DNA of 64,000 nucleotides from a bacterium (GTDB lineage: Bacteria; Zhuqueibacterota; Zhuqueibacteria; Residuimicrobiales; Krinioviventaceae), in the NCBI GenBank assembly GCA_963675755.2, contig CAXXMD010000002.1, forward strand, positions 1,056,001-1,120,000, read 5' to 3'. Of the stretch, positions 7,958 through 17,698 are shown piece after piece (position 1 is the stretch's first letter; each line of letters opens with the position of its first letter). The translations under genes were made by a program, and so were the position numbers. The notes under the pieces are model-generated. The model ran no database searches. It was not told the DNA's origin and saw nothing but the letters and a program-made list of their open reading frames with translations.

Positions 7958-8803
7958 TTAAAATTCATGCCATTTTAAATTGGGTTGCAGGCCCCCAACA
8001 ATTTGTTTACTGTCCTGTTTATTTTCATCAGTTAAAAAAAATTGATCAACCGGTAAACGATCACGGTAACTGCTTAACTCCTCTATTTCCAGATTGTAAG
8101 CATTTTCAACTGCCTCATAAAAAGGAATTCCAGTTACCCATTCTTTTATATAAAACACAGGTGAAAACAAGGCAAAGCTGTTAATGGATACAGCACCATT
8201 AACAGCCTGAATCCCATATTCTTGCCAATCGTCAACCATTCCGGAACCATTACAGCAGGTTTGATATAATGAACGGATTTGAATATCTCTGTCATTTAAA
8301 TCTTGAATAAATTTATCAATAAGACAATAATTTGTATAAAAGGAAATCCCGGAACTACTGCCATGTAGATTAAAAATCATATCAATAGAATATCCCTGTT
8401 CTGATAACAAGGACAATGAATCAATTAAAACAAAATACGAAGCCGTTTCATCAGTCAGAGAAATAAATTTATCATAATATTCAGATGAAATGTCCTCAAT
8501 CTCTTTAATTTGCCATGCTTCACCATAAACATCAATAATTTGGTTCAATGTCATGTTTTTCATGGAATCTTTGGGAACATTGAAAAAATCTGAAAATACA
8601 GGTAAAATTGAATTTTTAAATATTTGAAATGCAGTTTCAATACTTTGTCCCCCTACTGAATTGTTATTTTCAATAACACAAACCAATGCTTTGGGAGATT
8701 CCAAATTACCAGGTTCTTTTTCAGGTTCATTGGGATTTTTCTGACAAGCAATAAAAAGTACGAGAATAAATGTAAAACTGTATTGTAAAATATTACGCAT
8801 CAT
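7958..8803 (-). CDS. Lipoprotein, possibly a clan CD (caspase-like) cysteine peptidase
   Basis: FIAC lipobox; IFNLHGS and LYQTCCNG motifs. Confidence 0.55.
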   Translation of the reverse strand: MMRNILQYSFTFILVLFIACQKNPNEPEKEPGNLESPKALVCVIENNNSVGGQSIETAFQIFKNSILPVFSDFFNVPKDSMKNMTLNQIIDVYGEAWQIKEIEDISSEYYDKFISLTDETASYFVLIDSLSLLSEQGYSIDMIFNLHGSSSGISFYTNYCLIDKFIQDLNDRDIQIRSLYQTCCNGSGMVDDWQEYGIQAVNGAVSINSFALFSPVFYIKEWVTGIPFYEAVENAYNLEIEELSSYRDRLPVDQFFLTDENKQDSKQIVGGLQPNLKWHEF

Positions 8804-8815
8804 TTGTCCAGGTAT

Positions 8816-9469
8816 CTATTTCATCATAGTTGTGGCTGAGAAATACAAACGTGAAAGTTTTTTCATTTTATTAACAATATTTAAATTATTTTTTTTGAAC
8901 ACAAATTCAAGGTAAGAAATAGTAATATTATTCGAACCAATTTCCCAAAAATGATGATCAGTAGAGAGCTTCTTTTTAGGCAAAGAGAGTTTTAATTCAC
9001 GATTACCCAACTTGGGTATTCGGGCTTCTAATCTTAATAATACATATTCAGAAATAGGTACGCTACAAAAAAAGTAACCTGTACAAATTTGATTAAACAA
9101 TGCAAGAAATTTTTCAAATTCAGTAAATGGAATATGTTCAAAAACCTCAAAAGCCAGAATATGGTCAAAGGAATAACTACTCCAATCAAATGTTACAACA
9201 TTTGCAACAATATCAGGATTTTTATCTTTATCTATATCAATTGTTGTTACTTTAACACCCTTAGATCTTAGATAATTTGCAGTAAAGCCGCTACCTACAC
9301 CTATTTCTAATATATGTTGACCTGCACTGATATGGTTTTGCATCAATCTTTGCTGCTGCCAATACAAACGCCAATGGTTCTCAGTTTCCAGGGTATGAAT
9401 CCAATCAGATGAGTAACGGTATACAATTTCCCCTACTTTTTCAGTCTTTTCAGTATCGGATTTTCGCAT
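8816..9469 (-). CDS. Class I SAM-dependent methyltransferase
   Basis: ILEIGVGSG motif I, TIDID, FDHILAFEVFEH. Confidence 0.85.
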   Translation of the reverse strand: MRKSDTEKTEKVGEIVYRYSSDWIHTLETENHWRLYWQQQRLMQNHISAGQHILEIGVGSGFTANYLRSKGVKVTTIDIDKDKNPDIVANVVTFDWSSYSFDHILAFEVFEHIPFTEFEKFLALFNQICTGYFFCSVPISEYVLLRLEARIPKLGNRELKLSLPKKKLSTDHHFWEIGSNNITISYLEFVFKKNNLNIVNKMKKLSRLYFSATTMMK

Positions 9470-9553
9470 AATTTATAGGTCCTTGATTAAATAACAGTAT
9501 AACCATACTAGATAAATAAATCAAGAACAATAAATTTGGTTTTGGAGGGAGAT

Positions 9554-9581
9554 AAAAAAAAAGGCGGTTCAAAACCGCCTT
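9554..9581 (-). terminator. Intrinsic terminator after doxX
   Basis: AAGGCGGTT-CAA-AACCGCCTT with a T run on the minus strand. Confidence 0.85.
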
Positions 9582-9588
9582 GAAGAAA

Positions 9589-9954
9589 TTAACTTTCACT
9601 TTTTCCAGAGAAAAATAAAGCAGCTCCGGATAATGCCAGGTCTTTAAGGAAACTTGGCATAGACATTTGCATAGTTTCCGGATTCAACACACCCGGGAAA
9701 TGCACAAGAAACGCAAATAAAGCAAGCATGATTCCAAGCAATAATGCAGCAAGCTTATCATATTTTTTTGCAATAATACTTACAGCTGCTGCAATTAAAG
9801 CAAGACCAGTTAAATATACCCAAAAGACTTTAAAAGGCAAAAAAGCAGGTACAATACCACTCATTGCACTACCATTCATTAAATGCAATAAACCAAATAC
9901 GGCTAATGGTACAGCATATACCAAACGTGCTACAATTCCAGTTACTAGTTTCAT
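9589..9954 (-). CDS. DoxX-family membrane protein
   Basis: 121 aa, four hydrophobic segments, FGLLH, VPAFLP, FLVH, KDLALSGAAL. Confidence 0.8.
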   Translation of the reverse strand: MKLVTGIVARLVYAVPLAVFGLLHLMNGSAMSGIVPAFLPFKVFWVYLTGLALIAAAVSIIAKKYDKLAALLLGIMLALFAFLVHFPGVLNPETMQMSMPSFLKDLALSGAALFFSGKSES

Positions 9955-9978
9955 GATGTTCTCCTTTTTATTATTTTT

Positions 9979-10431
9979 TTAATCCCTCAAGCGATCTAAA
10001 AGTTCATTCATGATTTTAGCATCACTTTCAGAGATGTTTTGAATTTTACTTTCCCATTTTATTGCAACGTCATCCAATTCAGCTAACAGGTCCATGCCTT
10101 TATCTGTGATATATACATCAACAGCTCGACGATTATCATCACAAATTTCACGCCTGACCAATCCTTTAATTCTCAAACGTTCGACAATTCTTGACGCATC
10201 AGACATTTTGTCCAACATTCTTTCCCGTATCAATTTAACTGTTACTGGTTCAGGGTTCTGCCCTCTTAGAATTCTCAAAACATTATATTGTTTTGGTGTA
10301 AGACCATAAGGTTTTAATCCCTCAACTGTAAGTTCAACAATCCAATTACTTGTGTACATGATGTTGATCAATAATTTTTGATACTCGGTTCTAAATACCG
10401 GTTGACTGATTTCCTTTTCAATTTGTACCAT
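9979..10431 (-). CDS. MarR-family transcriptional regulator
   Basis: LTPKQYNVLRIL...ASRIVERL..KGLVRR....NRR...VYITDKG winged helix. Confidence 0.92.
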   Translation of the reverse strand: MVQIEKEISQPVFRTEYQKLLINIMYTSNWIVELTVEGLKPYGLTPKQYNVLRILRGQNPEPVTVKLIRERMLDKMSDASRIVERLRIKGLVRREICDDNRRAVDVYITDKGMDLLAELDDVAIKWESKIQNISESDAKIMNELLDRLRD

Positions 10432-10465
10432 TTATAGCTCCCTCAATTTTAACAGATACAACAAC

Positions 10466-10481
10466 TAATGTTTAAACATTA
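10466..10481. promoter_or_regulatory. Probable MarR operator
   Basis: Perfect 16-bp palindrome TAATGTTTAAACATTA 35 bp upstream of marR. Confidence 0.65.
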
Positions 10482-10516
10482 TTCCAGAAAAAGAATTAAT
10501 TTAATTATTAAACAAT

Positions 10517-10546
10517 AAAAAACCCTGTTATTATTAATAACAGGGT
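10517..10546 (-). terminator. Intrinsic terminator
   Basis: ACCCTGTTATT/AATAACAGGGT hairpin plus T tract on the minus strand. Confidence 0.8.
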
Positions 10547-10560
10547 ATAATTTTCAAGTA

Positions 10561-11688
10561 TTATTTAAGCAGTGTCATCTTTTTAACTTTATTAAACTCC
10601 ATTCCATTTTGATCGTGCGCTTTAAATTGCAGAAAATATAATCCCGATGGTTGCTTATTTCCATATAAATCATCTCCATACCATGACCAACTGTACTGAC
10701 CTTCTTGCTGGTTGATAAAATGGATTTGTGTTACCATTTGTCCAAGTTGGTTGAAAATAGTCATCGTTACATCAGATTGATTGGGTAACGAATAGGTAAA
10801 AACTGTTGATGGATTGAATGGATTTGGATAATTGTCTGATAGCTGATAATGATCAACATTTTTACTATTATTTCTTACTAGCGTATTCAACTCTACATCA
10901 CGGGTTAACACACCATATTCATGTGCATCAAATGCACCTGTCATATGATAATATACAATAAATTGATCGGGGCCATAATTACCCTTCACTTCAGCAGTTA
11001 TACCAATGGATTGATAAGCTATTGTTCCGTTAATTTCACCATTAGAAACAATTATACTCCCCTGCCAGGGATCTGATGCGGTAAAAACAACAGAATCGCC
11101 TGCATCATTCACACTACCCGTAAGCGTATAACTTACCGGATTAGGATCACCAAATATTCCCCAGGCAGTCAGTGTTAATACTGCGGTTTTATTATTATCC
11201 TGCATTTCAACCATAGCAGTTGCAGAACCATTTACATCATAGGTAGGATTATCCCAAACTCCTTCCCACTCGTCAACCAGATCTAACAAAGGTACAACAT
11301 CAGGAAATTCAATTTCAACAAAATTTATATTATGAGTAAAATCCAATTGTACATCATCCTGAACATTGGAAACCATCAATTCCCAAGCATGATCGACAGG
11401 CGGTACATCATATGACTTGTTATTATTAAAATCAGCATAAAAACTTATTTTATAATCATGAGATTTTACGAGCACCCAAAGATCAATGCTGAAAGAAGCC
11501 TCGGGAATAGCATCAAGTGTTTTCCTTCCAACTTCAAGGCCATTATCAAGATCTACCACTCGTAATTGAAGCATCTGTCCAATATGTGGTGACATTGAAC
11601 TAAAATTAACGGTCAACTTGTAATTTGCAAAAGAGACAGATGTCAAGAGTAAAAGCAAATATACAATCATGTTCTTAATATTTTTCAT
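10561..11688 (-). CDS. Secreted protein with T9SS-type/FlgD-Ig CTD
   Basis: Start at ATG 11688 after GGAGG; signal peptide; NYPNPFNP...SGLYF...KMTLLK. Confidence 0.8.
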   Translation of the reverse strand: MKNIKNMIVYLLLLLTSVSFANYKLTVNFSSMSPHIGQMLQLRVVDLDNGLEVGRKTLDAIPEASFSIDLWVLVKSHDYKISFYADFNNNKSYDVPPVDHAWELMVSNVQDDVQLDFTHNINFVEIEFPDVVPLLDLVDEWEGVWDNPTYDVNGSATAMVEMQDNNKTAVLTLTAWGIFGDPNPVSYTLTGSVNDAGDSVVFTASDPWQGSIIVSNGEINGTIAYQSIGITAEVKGNYGPDQFIVYYHMTGAFDAHEYGVLTRDVELNTLVRNNSKNVDHYQLSDNYPNPFNPSTVFTYSLPNQSDVTMTIFNQLGQMVTQIHFINQQEGQYSWSWYGDDLYGNKQPSGLYFLQFKAHDQNGMEFNKVKKMTLLK

Positions 11689-11935
11689 ATTAACCTCCAA
11701 ATGAATTTAATTCATATAACTATTAAAAACAGGGCTGAAAAATGTATTATTCCTTAAAATAAATGTTGCAACATATATTTTATTAAATAAATATTGTGAA
11801 TAAAATTCATTCTACATATATTGTCTAGTCCATTTAATACCAGAAATATGAATTTAATAATTAGTTAACAATTGCTACATGGACTAATTATTTAATTTTC
11901 ATAAAATATGGAAAAAGTTAATTAAAGGAGTGTGT

Positions 11936-13291
11936 ATGAAACTTGAAAAAATGGCGGGACTGTTTCTAAGTGTATTATTAATTTTCACCTTTGCTTGTGA
12001 AAAAGATAAAGAGCCCACAAAGCCGGAAATAGTCCAAAAATCCGCATCAATTGCAGTACTTTCCGATCTCCATTATTACGATCCCACTCTGGGAACATCC
12101 AGTGATGCTTTTGAGGAATATCTTGCTCATGATCGGAAACTCATCAAAGAGAGTGAAGCTATAATGGAAGCCGTAGTCGATTTGATTTCTGATGAGAATG
12201 TAGAGATTGTACTCGTTCCTGGTGACTTGACTAAAGATGGTGTTAAACAATGCCATGAAAATGTTGCGCAATATCTTGCAATGTTGGAAGGCGCTGGTAA
12301 AAAAGTTTATGTTGTTCCGGGTAATCATGATATAGGTAATACCGATTCATATAGCTATCCTGATAATAGTGACCCTGTACTAGAGTCATCAATTACTGCA
12401 GATGAATTCAGCAGTATTTATAATGATTTTGGTTTTTCAGAAGCAATTTACAAGGATGCTTCTTCCCTTTCTTATATTGCAGAACCCAAAGATGGAATTT
12501 GGATTTTAGGTATTGATGGATGTAATTACAACTCAAAGTATCCTGAAATTTCATGGGTTGGTGGTAAATTAACCACTGAAACATTAAACTGGATTTCAGA
12601 AAAAATGCAATTCGCAAAAGAAAATGATATTACAGTTTTTACTTTTGCACACCATGGTGTAGTTGAGCATTTCCCGGAAATGGATATGTTATTTGCTGAC
12701 TATTTGTTTGTGGACTGGGAAAATGTAGCTGCTCAATTAGCCAACATGGGTATAAATCTTGTTTTTACAGGACACCATCATGCAACTGATATAAACAATT
12801 TACCGGTTGATGATACATATATAATTGATATTCAAACAGGGTCTACAGTTACCTGGCAATGTCCATATCGTTTGGTTAATTATGATGGTGAAAACAACCT
12901 GGTAACCATTAACACCAAAGTCATTACCAGTATTAATTATGATCTGGGTGGACAGGATTTCCAAACCTATGCCAAAGATTATCTGGATAATGGTATGCAA
13001 GATCTCATTGTAACAGAATTGGGGAAAATGGGAATTCCTGCTGGAATAGCAGGTCTATTGGTACCCAATATTGCTCCCACTCTGATGGCCTATTATCATG
13101 GGGATGAACCAAACATGCAAAGTGAATATCAGGATGTAATTACCAGGATCAATCAGATGACAACCAACTCAGATGAATTGATTGCCGGTTTAGGTGCTAT
13201 TCTATTGGGTGTTTGGAATGATACTACTCCGGATAATAATGTTATTATTGATTTAAATACAGGAACAATCAGCTACAATTCAGGTTCCTGA
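11936..13291 (+). CDS. Calcineurin-like metallophosphoesterase lipoprotein
   Basis: AAGGAG RBS; TFAC lipobox; SDLH, GDLT, GNHD, HH and GHHH motifs. Confidence 0.88.
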   Translation: MKLEKMAGLFLSVLLIFTFACEKDKEPTKPEIVQKSASIAVLSDLHYYDPTLGTSSDAFEEYLAHDRKLIKESEAIMEAVVDLISDENVEIVLVPGDLTKDGVKQCHENVAQYLAMLEGAGKKVYVVPGNHDIGNTDSYSYPDNSDPVLESSITADEFSSIYNDFGFSEAIYKDASSLSYIAEPKDGIWILGIDGCNYNSKYPEISWVGGKLTTETLNWISEKMQFAKENDITVFTFAHHGVVEHFPEMDMLFADYLFVDWENVAAQLANMGINLVFTGHHHATDINNLPVDDTYIIDIQTGSTVTWQCPYRLVNYDGENNLVTINTKVITSINYDLGGQDFQTYAKDYLDNGMQDLIVTELGKMGIPAGIAGLLVPNIAPTLMAYYHGDEPNMQSEYQDVITRINQMTTNSDELIAGLGAILLGVWNDTTPDNNVIIDLNTGTISYNSGS

Positions 13292-13301
13292 GTTTATTAT
13301 A

Positions 13302-13332
13302 TTCCTGCCCTTTTACAAGTCAAGGGCAGGAA
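13302..13332. other. Intergenic hairpin (mRNA stabiliser or weak terminator)
   Basis: TTCCTGCCCTT-N9-AAGGGCAGGAA; no U tract on the + strand. Confidence 0.6.
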
Positions 13333-13394
13333 ATAAATGAACTTTTTCATGATAAAAAAGTAAAATTAAAATACGATAAAACAAGGGGTTTATC

Positions 13395-14912
13395 ATGAAA
13401 AATTCAATTTTGTTTGCTTTTCTGATTTTAATATCCTTTTCAAATTGTGCAGTAAAAGAGTTAAACTCTGCAAAAGTCTATTATGCAATGGAAATGGAAG
13501 ATAATTTATACAATACAGAGGAATACAGCAAAATTGATGAAAGTGGATTTATAAATGCACTTTCTAATCCTCTCTCAACATTTGCGGCTGATGTAGATGC
13601 AGCTTCTTATTCTAATGCGAGACGCTTTTTTATGCAGGACAAAATTCCATACAAGGATGTGGTTCGTAGTGAAGAATTTATCAACTATTTCAATTATGAT
13701 TATCCAATACCCAATGATGATCATCCCCTATCCATTTGTATGGAATATTCGGATTGTCCGTGGAATGCAAACAACAAACTGGTTCATATAGGTATTCAGG
13801 GTAAACAATTACAGAACGATAAAAGACCTGCGAGCAATCTGGTTTTCTTGTTGGATAAATCAGGATCAATGAAAGATGCCAATAAATTACCACTGTTGAA
13901 AAAATCATTTCATTTTTTGATCGATCAATTGGATGAAAATGATATAATTTCAATTGTAACCTATGCCGGAAATGCAACTATTGTTTTGGGACCCACACCT
14001 GGAAGCGATAAAGCAAAAATTATTAAAGCCATAAACAGACTTGAGGCCGGGGGTTCTACAGCAGGCGGTAAAGGAATTCAACTGGCTTATAATGTAGCAA
14101 AAGAAAACTATATTGATGGTGGTAACAATCGTGTTATTCTGGGCACTGATGGTGATTTTAATGTTGGTATTTCCAGCACGGCAGAGCTCACAAGATATAT
14201 TGAAGAAAGAAAAAAAGATGGCATCTATCTTACTATATTGGGATTTGGGATGGGAAATTACAGAGATTATCGATTGCAGGAGCTCGCGGATCGGGGGAAT
14301 GGTAATCACGCCTATATTGATAATATTATGGAAGCCAATAAAGTTTTTGGAAATGACCTTAACGGCACACTGTATACAATAGCAAAGGATGTTAAAATTC
14401 AGGTCGAGTTTAATCCTGCTTTGGTTGAATCTTATCGTTTAATTGGATACGAGAACCGTGAATTGGCAACAAAAGATTTTAAAGATGACTCAAAAGATGC
14501 AGGCGAAATTGGCGCCGGGCACACGGTAACAGCGTTGTATGAAATTATACCTTCTAACAATAAACCAGAGAGCCAAGATTTAAAATACACACAAACCACC
14601 ATTAAAGATGATGCTACAGCATCAAATGAATTGCTCACGGTTCGGATTCGATATAAAGAACCTGATGGTGAATCGAGTCAGGAACTATCTGCGGTCCTCA
14701 ATGAATTTACCCAGTTAACCAGTACATCAGATAACTTTAGGTTTTCTGCTTCTGTTGCACAATTTGCAATGTTGATCAGAGATTCAGAATTCAAGGGCGA
14801 TTCTAATATTAAAAATACTAAAGATTTGGCAAATTCTGCAATAGGTGAAGATCCATTTGGGTATAGAAAAGAATACCTCACCCTACTGGACCGTTTTGAG
14901 CTATTACAATGA
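13395..14912 (+). CDS. YfbK-like von Willebrand factor A domain protein
   Basis: STFAADVDAASY, RSEEFINYF, MIDAS DKSGS, TDGDFNVG, YRLIGYENR, DAGEIGAGHTVTALYEI. Confidence 0.9.
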   Translation: MKNSILFAFLILISFSNCAVKELNSAKVYYAMEMEDNLYNTEEYSKIDESGFINALSNPLSTFAADVDAASYSNARRFFMQDKIPYKDVVRSEEFINYFNYDYPIPNDDHPLSICMEYSDCPWNANNKLVHIGIQGKQLQNDKRPASNLVFLLDKSGSMKDANKLPLLKKSFHFLIDQLDENDIISIVTYAGNATIVLGPTPGSDKAKIIKAINRLEAGGSTAGGKGIQLAYNVAKENYIDGGNNRVILGTDGDFNVGISSTAELTRYIEERKKDGIYLTILGFGMGNYRDYRLQELADRGNGNHAYIDNIMEANKVFGNDLNGTLYTIAKDVKIQVEFNPALVESYRLIGYENRELATKDFKDDSKDAGEIGAGHTVTALYEIIPSNNKPESQDLKYTQTTIKDDATASNELLTVRIRYKEPDGESSQELSAVLNEFTQLTSTSDNFRFSASVAQFAMLIRDSEFKGDSNIKNTKDLANSAIGEDPFGYRKEYLTLLDRFELLQ

Positions 14913-15024
14913 TAAATGCACTGTAAAATTTTTTAAAAAATCGATTGAATACAGTTCATATTTTACAAACTGTTCAACTTTGTAAAATTGTAAAATTTTT
15001 AACAAATTAGAAAATATTTATTGG

Positions 15025-15053
15025 TTGACACGTGTCATGTTATTCATTATCAT
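15025..15053 (+). promoter_or_regulatory. Near-consensus sigma70 promoter with an overlapping palindromic operator
   Basis: TTGACA-N17-TATCAT; perfect palindrome TGACACGTGTCA at 15026-15037. Confidence 0.75.
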
Positions 15054-15142
15054 TGAATACAGGGCGCAAAACGTGTACCCTGGGGAAAGATGTTACATAA
15101 CTCTGTTATGTAAAGTAGTATTAAAACATCATGGGAGGTACT

Positions 15143-15862
15143 ATGAAACAATTAACCATTGTTTCCGTGTGTGTATTAACATGTGCTTTACTGTTTTTTA
15201 GTTGTCAAAAACAGCCCTCACCTATGGATCCCCTAACTCAGAATACGGACAATACGACAATTGCCAAAAAAACAGATGGATGCGTTTCAATTCAAGATGG
15301 AGTCTTGACCTATTCAGCAGGACATTATCTTGCCGGCCAACCCCTTGTAGTTGGTTTTGATGATTATGGGTACAACTACCAAGGCAAAATGTTCAAAGGA
15401 TCTTATGCAAATGTTTATTTAGGTGGCGCTGGCTTTCCACCTTATACAGGAGATGATGAAAGTTACCTTGCAGACAATCCTGCTGCAGCAAATCACTGGG
15501 CATGGCCATACCGTGACATACAATTACTCATGAAATGGAACGATGCCTGGCTTTCCAATACCGATTGTGATGGTGATGGAAAACTTGACCGTCATTATGG
15601 CTATCCGTCTTATATAGGTTCTGGGGCATGGGAAACAAACCATATGGTCGGAGGTGAACAATCAGAACACTGGACCTATTTTACAAAAATAGTAGCAGCA
15701 CCTGAAGATGCAGTAATAGATGGCGGTTTGTGGTATACTGCTGATGGTGTTGAAATTGGACCTGTTATTTGGGGAGAATTTGCTACAATACAAGAAGTTG
15801 AAAGTGGTTCTGGTGCTTTTTACATCAGTCCTGCTGGACCTGGTTTTGGAAAATGGAAATAA
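15143..15862 (+). CDS. Uncharacterised Gly/aromatic-rich lipoprotein
   Basis: GGAGG RBS before ATG 15143; FFSC lipobox; DCDGDGKLD Ca-binding-like loop; has its own promoter and terminator. Confidence 0.8.
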   Translation: MKQLTIVSVCVLTCALLFFSCQKQPSPMDPLTQNTDNTTIAKKTDGCVSIQDGVLTYSAGHYLAGQPLVVGFDDYGYNYQGKMFKGSYANVYLGGAGFPPYTGDDESYLADNPAAANHWAWPYRDIQLLMKWNDAWLSNTDCDGDGKLDRHYGYPSYIGSGAWETNHMVGGEQSEHWTYFTKIVAAPEDAVIDGGLWYTADGVEIGPVIWGEFATIQEVESGSGAFYISPAGPGFGKWK

Positions 15863-15874
15863 TGGATTACAATT

Positions 15875-15897
15875 ACCCCGGTACTGCCGGGGTTTTT
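15875..15897 (+). terminator. Intrinsic terminator
   Basis: ACCCCGGT-ACT-GCCGGGGT-TTTT. Confidence 0.85.
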
Positions 15898-15974
15898 CAT
15901 TTAAAATAAAAATAGGCTTTGAAATTTGCTCTTGTTTCTGTATGTTTAGGATTCAGAAACAGGAGCTTTTATTT

Positions 15975-16712
15975 ATGTATCGCAAATTGTTTTACAATAT
16001 TTGTATCATTCTTATTATATACAGTACTATTTTACCTGCTCAAAAACGTTTTGTAGACAATGATCTTTCAGGACTTGCATTTGTTTCGCTGGGAACGCAC
16101 AATATAAATCTAGAAGAATTTGATACTGCACTTGCTAATAGTTCACTACCCTATCCCCCGCTAGCAACATCAATGTACACATTTGGGGCTGGTGGAGTTA
16201 TTATAATCAAAGACTGGATCATTTCCGCAGAAGGATCAGGATTACTTGCCAATAGTAATACTTTTGGAGACTATAACTCTAAACTCAGCGGCGGTTATGT
16301 GACACTGAACACTGGTTTTTTGTTAGCAAAAAGCAGATCATTCATGGTCTACCCACTTGTGGGAATTGGTGGTGGTTCCATAAATTATAAAATATATCAA
16401 GAACCCGATGATATGCTTTTTGCAGATATATTGGAAAATCCAAGTACAGAAATAACTTTGGATAATAAATCTATTTACATGAACCTTGCAATGTCTGTTC
16501 ATTATAATATCCATACTTTTCGGGATGACCAGGATAGCGGAAACTTTTTTATCGGTGCTAAAGCCGGTTATAAAGCAACTATAAAATCTTTTGATTGGTA
16601 TATCCAGGGCACCAGTACAAAGCTTGCAGAAGGTCCAATTACCGGTCTTGATGGTTATTATATTGAATTTGTTTTCGGCATTGGAGGATTCAACTTTTCT
16701 GATGTTGATTGA
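15975..16712 (+). CDS. Putative outer-membrane beta-barrel protein
   Basis: AGGAG RBS before ATG 15975; signal peptide; alternating Gly/aromatic strands. The ORF-track start at 15720 crosses a terminator. Confidence 0.6.
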   Translation: MYRKLFYNICIILIIYSTILPAQKRFVDNDLSGLAFVSLGTHNINLEEFDTALANSSLPYPPLATSMYTFGAGGVIIIKDWIISAEGSGLLANSNTFGDYNSKLSGGYVTLNTGFLLAKSRSFMVYPLVGIGGGSINYKIYQEPDDMLFADILENPSTEITLDNKSIYMNLAMSVHYNIHTFRDDQDSGNFFIGAKAGYKATIKSFDWYIQGTSTKLAEGPITGLDGYYIEFVFGIGGFNFSDVD

Positions 16713-16810
16713 TTCATACCTTAAATATTTCCATTCATGATTATATTCATATTCCAGTACTAGAAAATAATTTTATCCAACGAGTTTAACTGACCGACAG
16801 GAAGGTATTA

Positions 16811-17698
16811 ATGAGATTATTATTGCTGGTAAATCCATTAGCGGGTAAAAAACAGGGGAAATCTGTAGCTGAAACTGCATTGGATAGATTGAAAAACAGT
16901 AATCTGGACGTAGAGTGCATTTTTTCAGAAAAACCAACACATTTAATTGATGTTGCGCGTGAACAGGTAAATGAAAAATGGGATGGTATAGTAGCTGTTG
17001 GTGGTGATGGTACCCTGTTCGAAGTCATAAATGGAATGATGAAGGGAAATCCCGCTCTCCCTATTCCACTGGGCGTTATACCGGTTGGTACCGGTAATTC
17101 ATTTTCCAAGGATCTCAACATTAATTCTCTGGATGACGCCATAGATAAAATTATAAACGGTCAGACAAGAAATATTGATCTCGGTAAAATTTCAACCCAA
17201 AATGATATCTATTACTTTATAAATATTGTAGGTTTTGGATTTGTATCTGATGTTGTAAAGCGAGCATCTTTGTATAAAAAATGGGGTGATCTCAGCTATA
17301 TCATTGGAGTTATGCAGGTAACAGCTAAACTGAAATCATATGAAATGGAATTTGAAATAGATGGGCATGAATTCAAACGGGACAATATCTTTGTAGAAAT
17401 TTGCAATTCCACAAAAACAGGTGGTGATATGATAATGGCCCCGGAAGCTGAAATAGATGACGGTTTGCTGGATGTTGTGATCTTGAATAAACTATCAAAA
17501 AGAAAACTGCTTGCAACCTTTCCCAAAATATTCAAAGGGACGCACATACATATTCCGGAAATTGAAACCTTTAAAGCCAAAGAAATGACATTTAAACCCG
17601 CAATTTCTAAAATTTTGACTCCTGATGGGGAAATTGTAGGAAACACTCCAATTTCGGTAACTGTATTACCAGGTAAAATCAAGGTATTTGATTCATGA
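16811..17698 (+). CDS. Diacylglycerol/lipid kinase (YegS/DagK family)
   Basis: NPLAG, GGDGT, PVGTGNSF, DDGLLDV, DGE. Confidence 0.92.
   Translation: MRLLLLVNPLAGKKQGKSVAETALDRLKNSNLDVECIFSEKPTHLIDVAREQVNEKWDGIVAVGGDGTLFEVINGMMKGNPALPIPLGVIPVGTGNSFSKDLNINSLDDAIDKIINGQTRNIDLGKISTQNDIYYFINIVGFGFVSDVVKRASLYKKWGDLSYIIGVMQVTAKLKSYEMEFEIDGHEFKRDNIFVEICNSTKTGGDMIMAPEAEIDDGLLDVVILNKLSKRKLLATFPKIFKGTHIHIPEIETFKAKEMTFKPAISKILTPDGEIVGNTPISVTVLPGKIKVFDS

Noticed and set aside
15060-15130. Known riboswitch (e.g. c-di-GMP-I) in the leader
   Set aside because: GCAAA is present but the other conserved elements could not be matched; kept only as an unassigned structured leader.
15720-15974. N-terminal extension making the barrel ORF overlap the lipoprotein gene
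   Set aside because: Crosses a clear terminator; a good RBS and signal peptide start at 15975.
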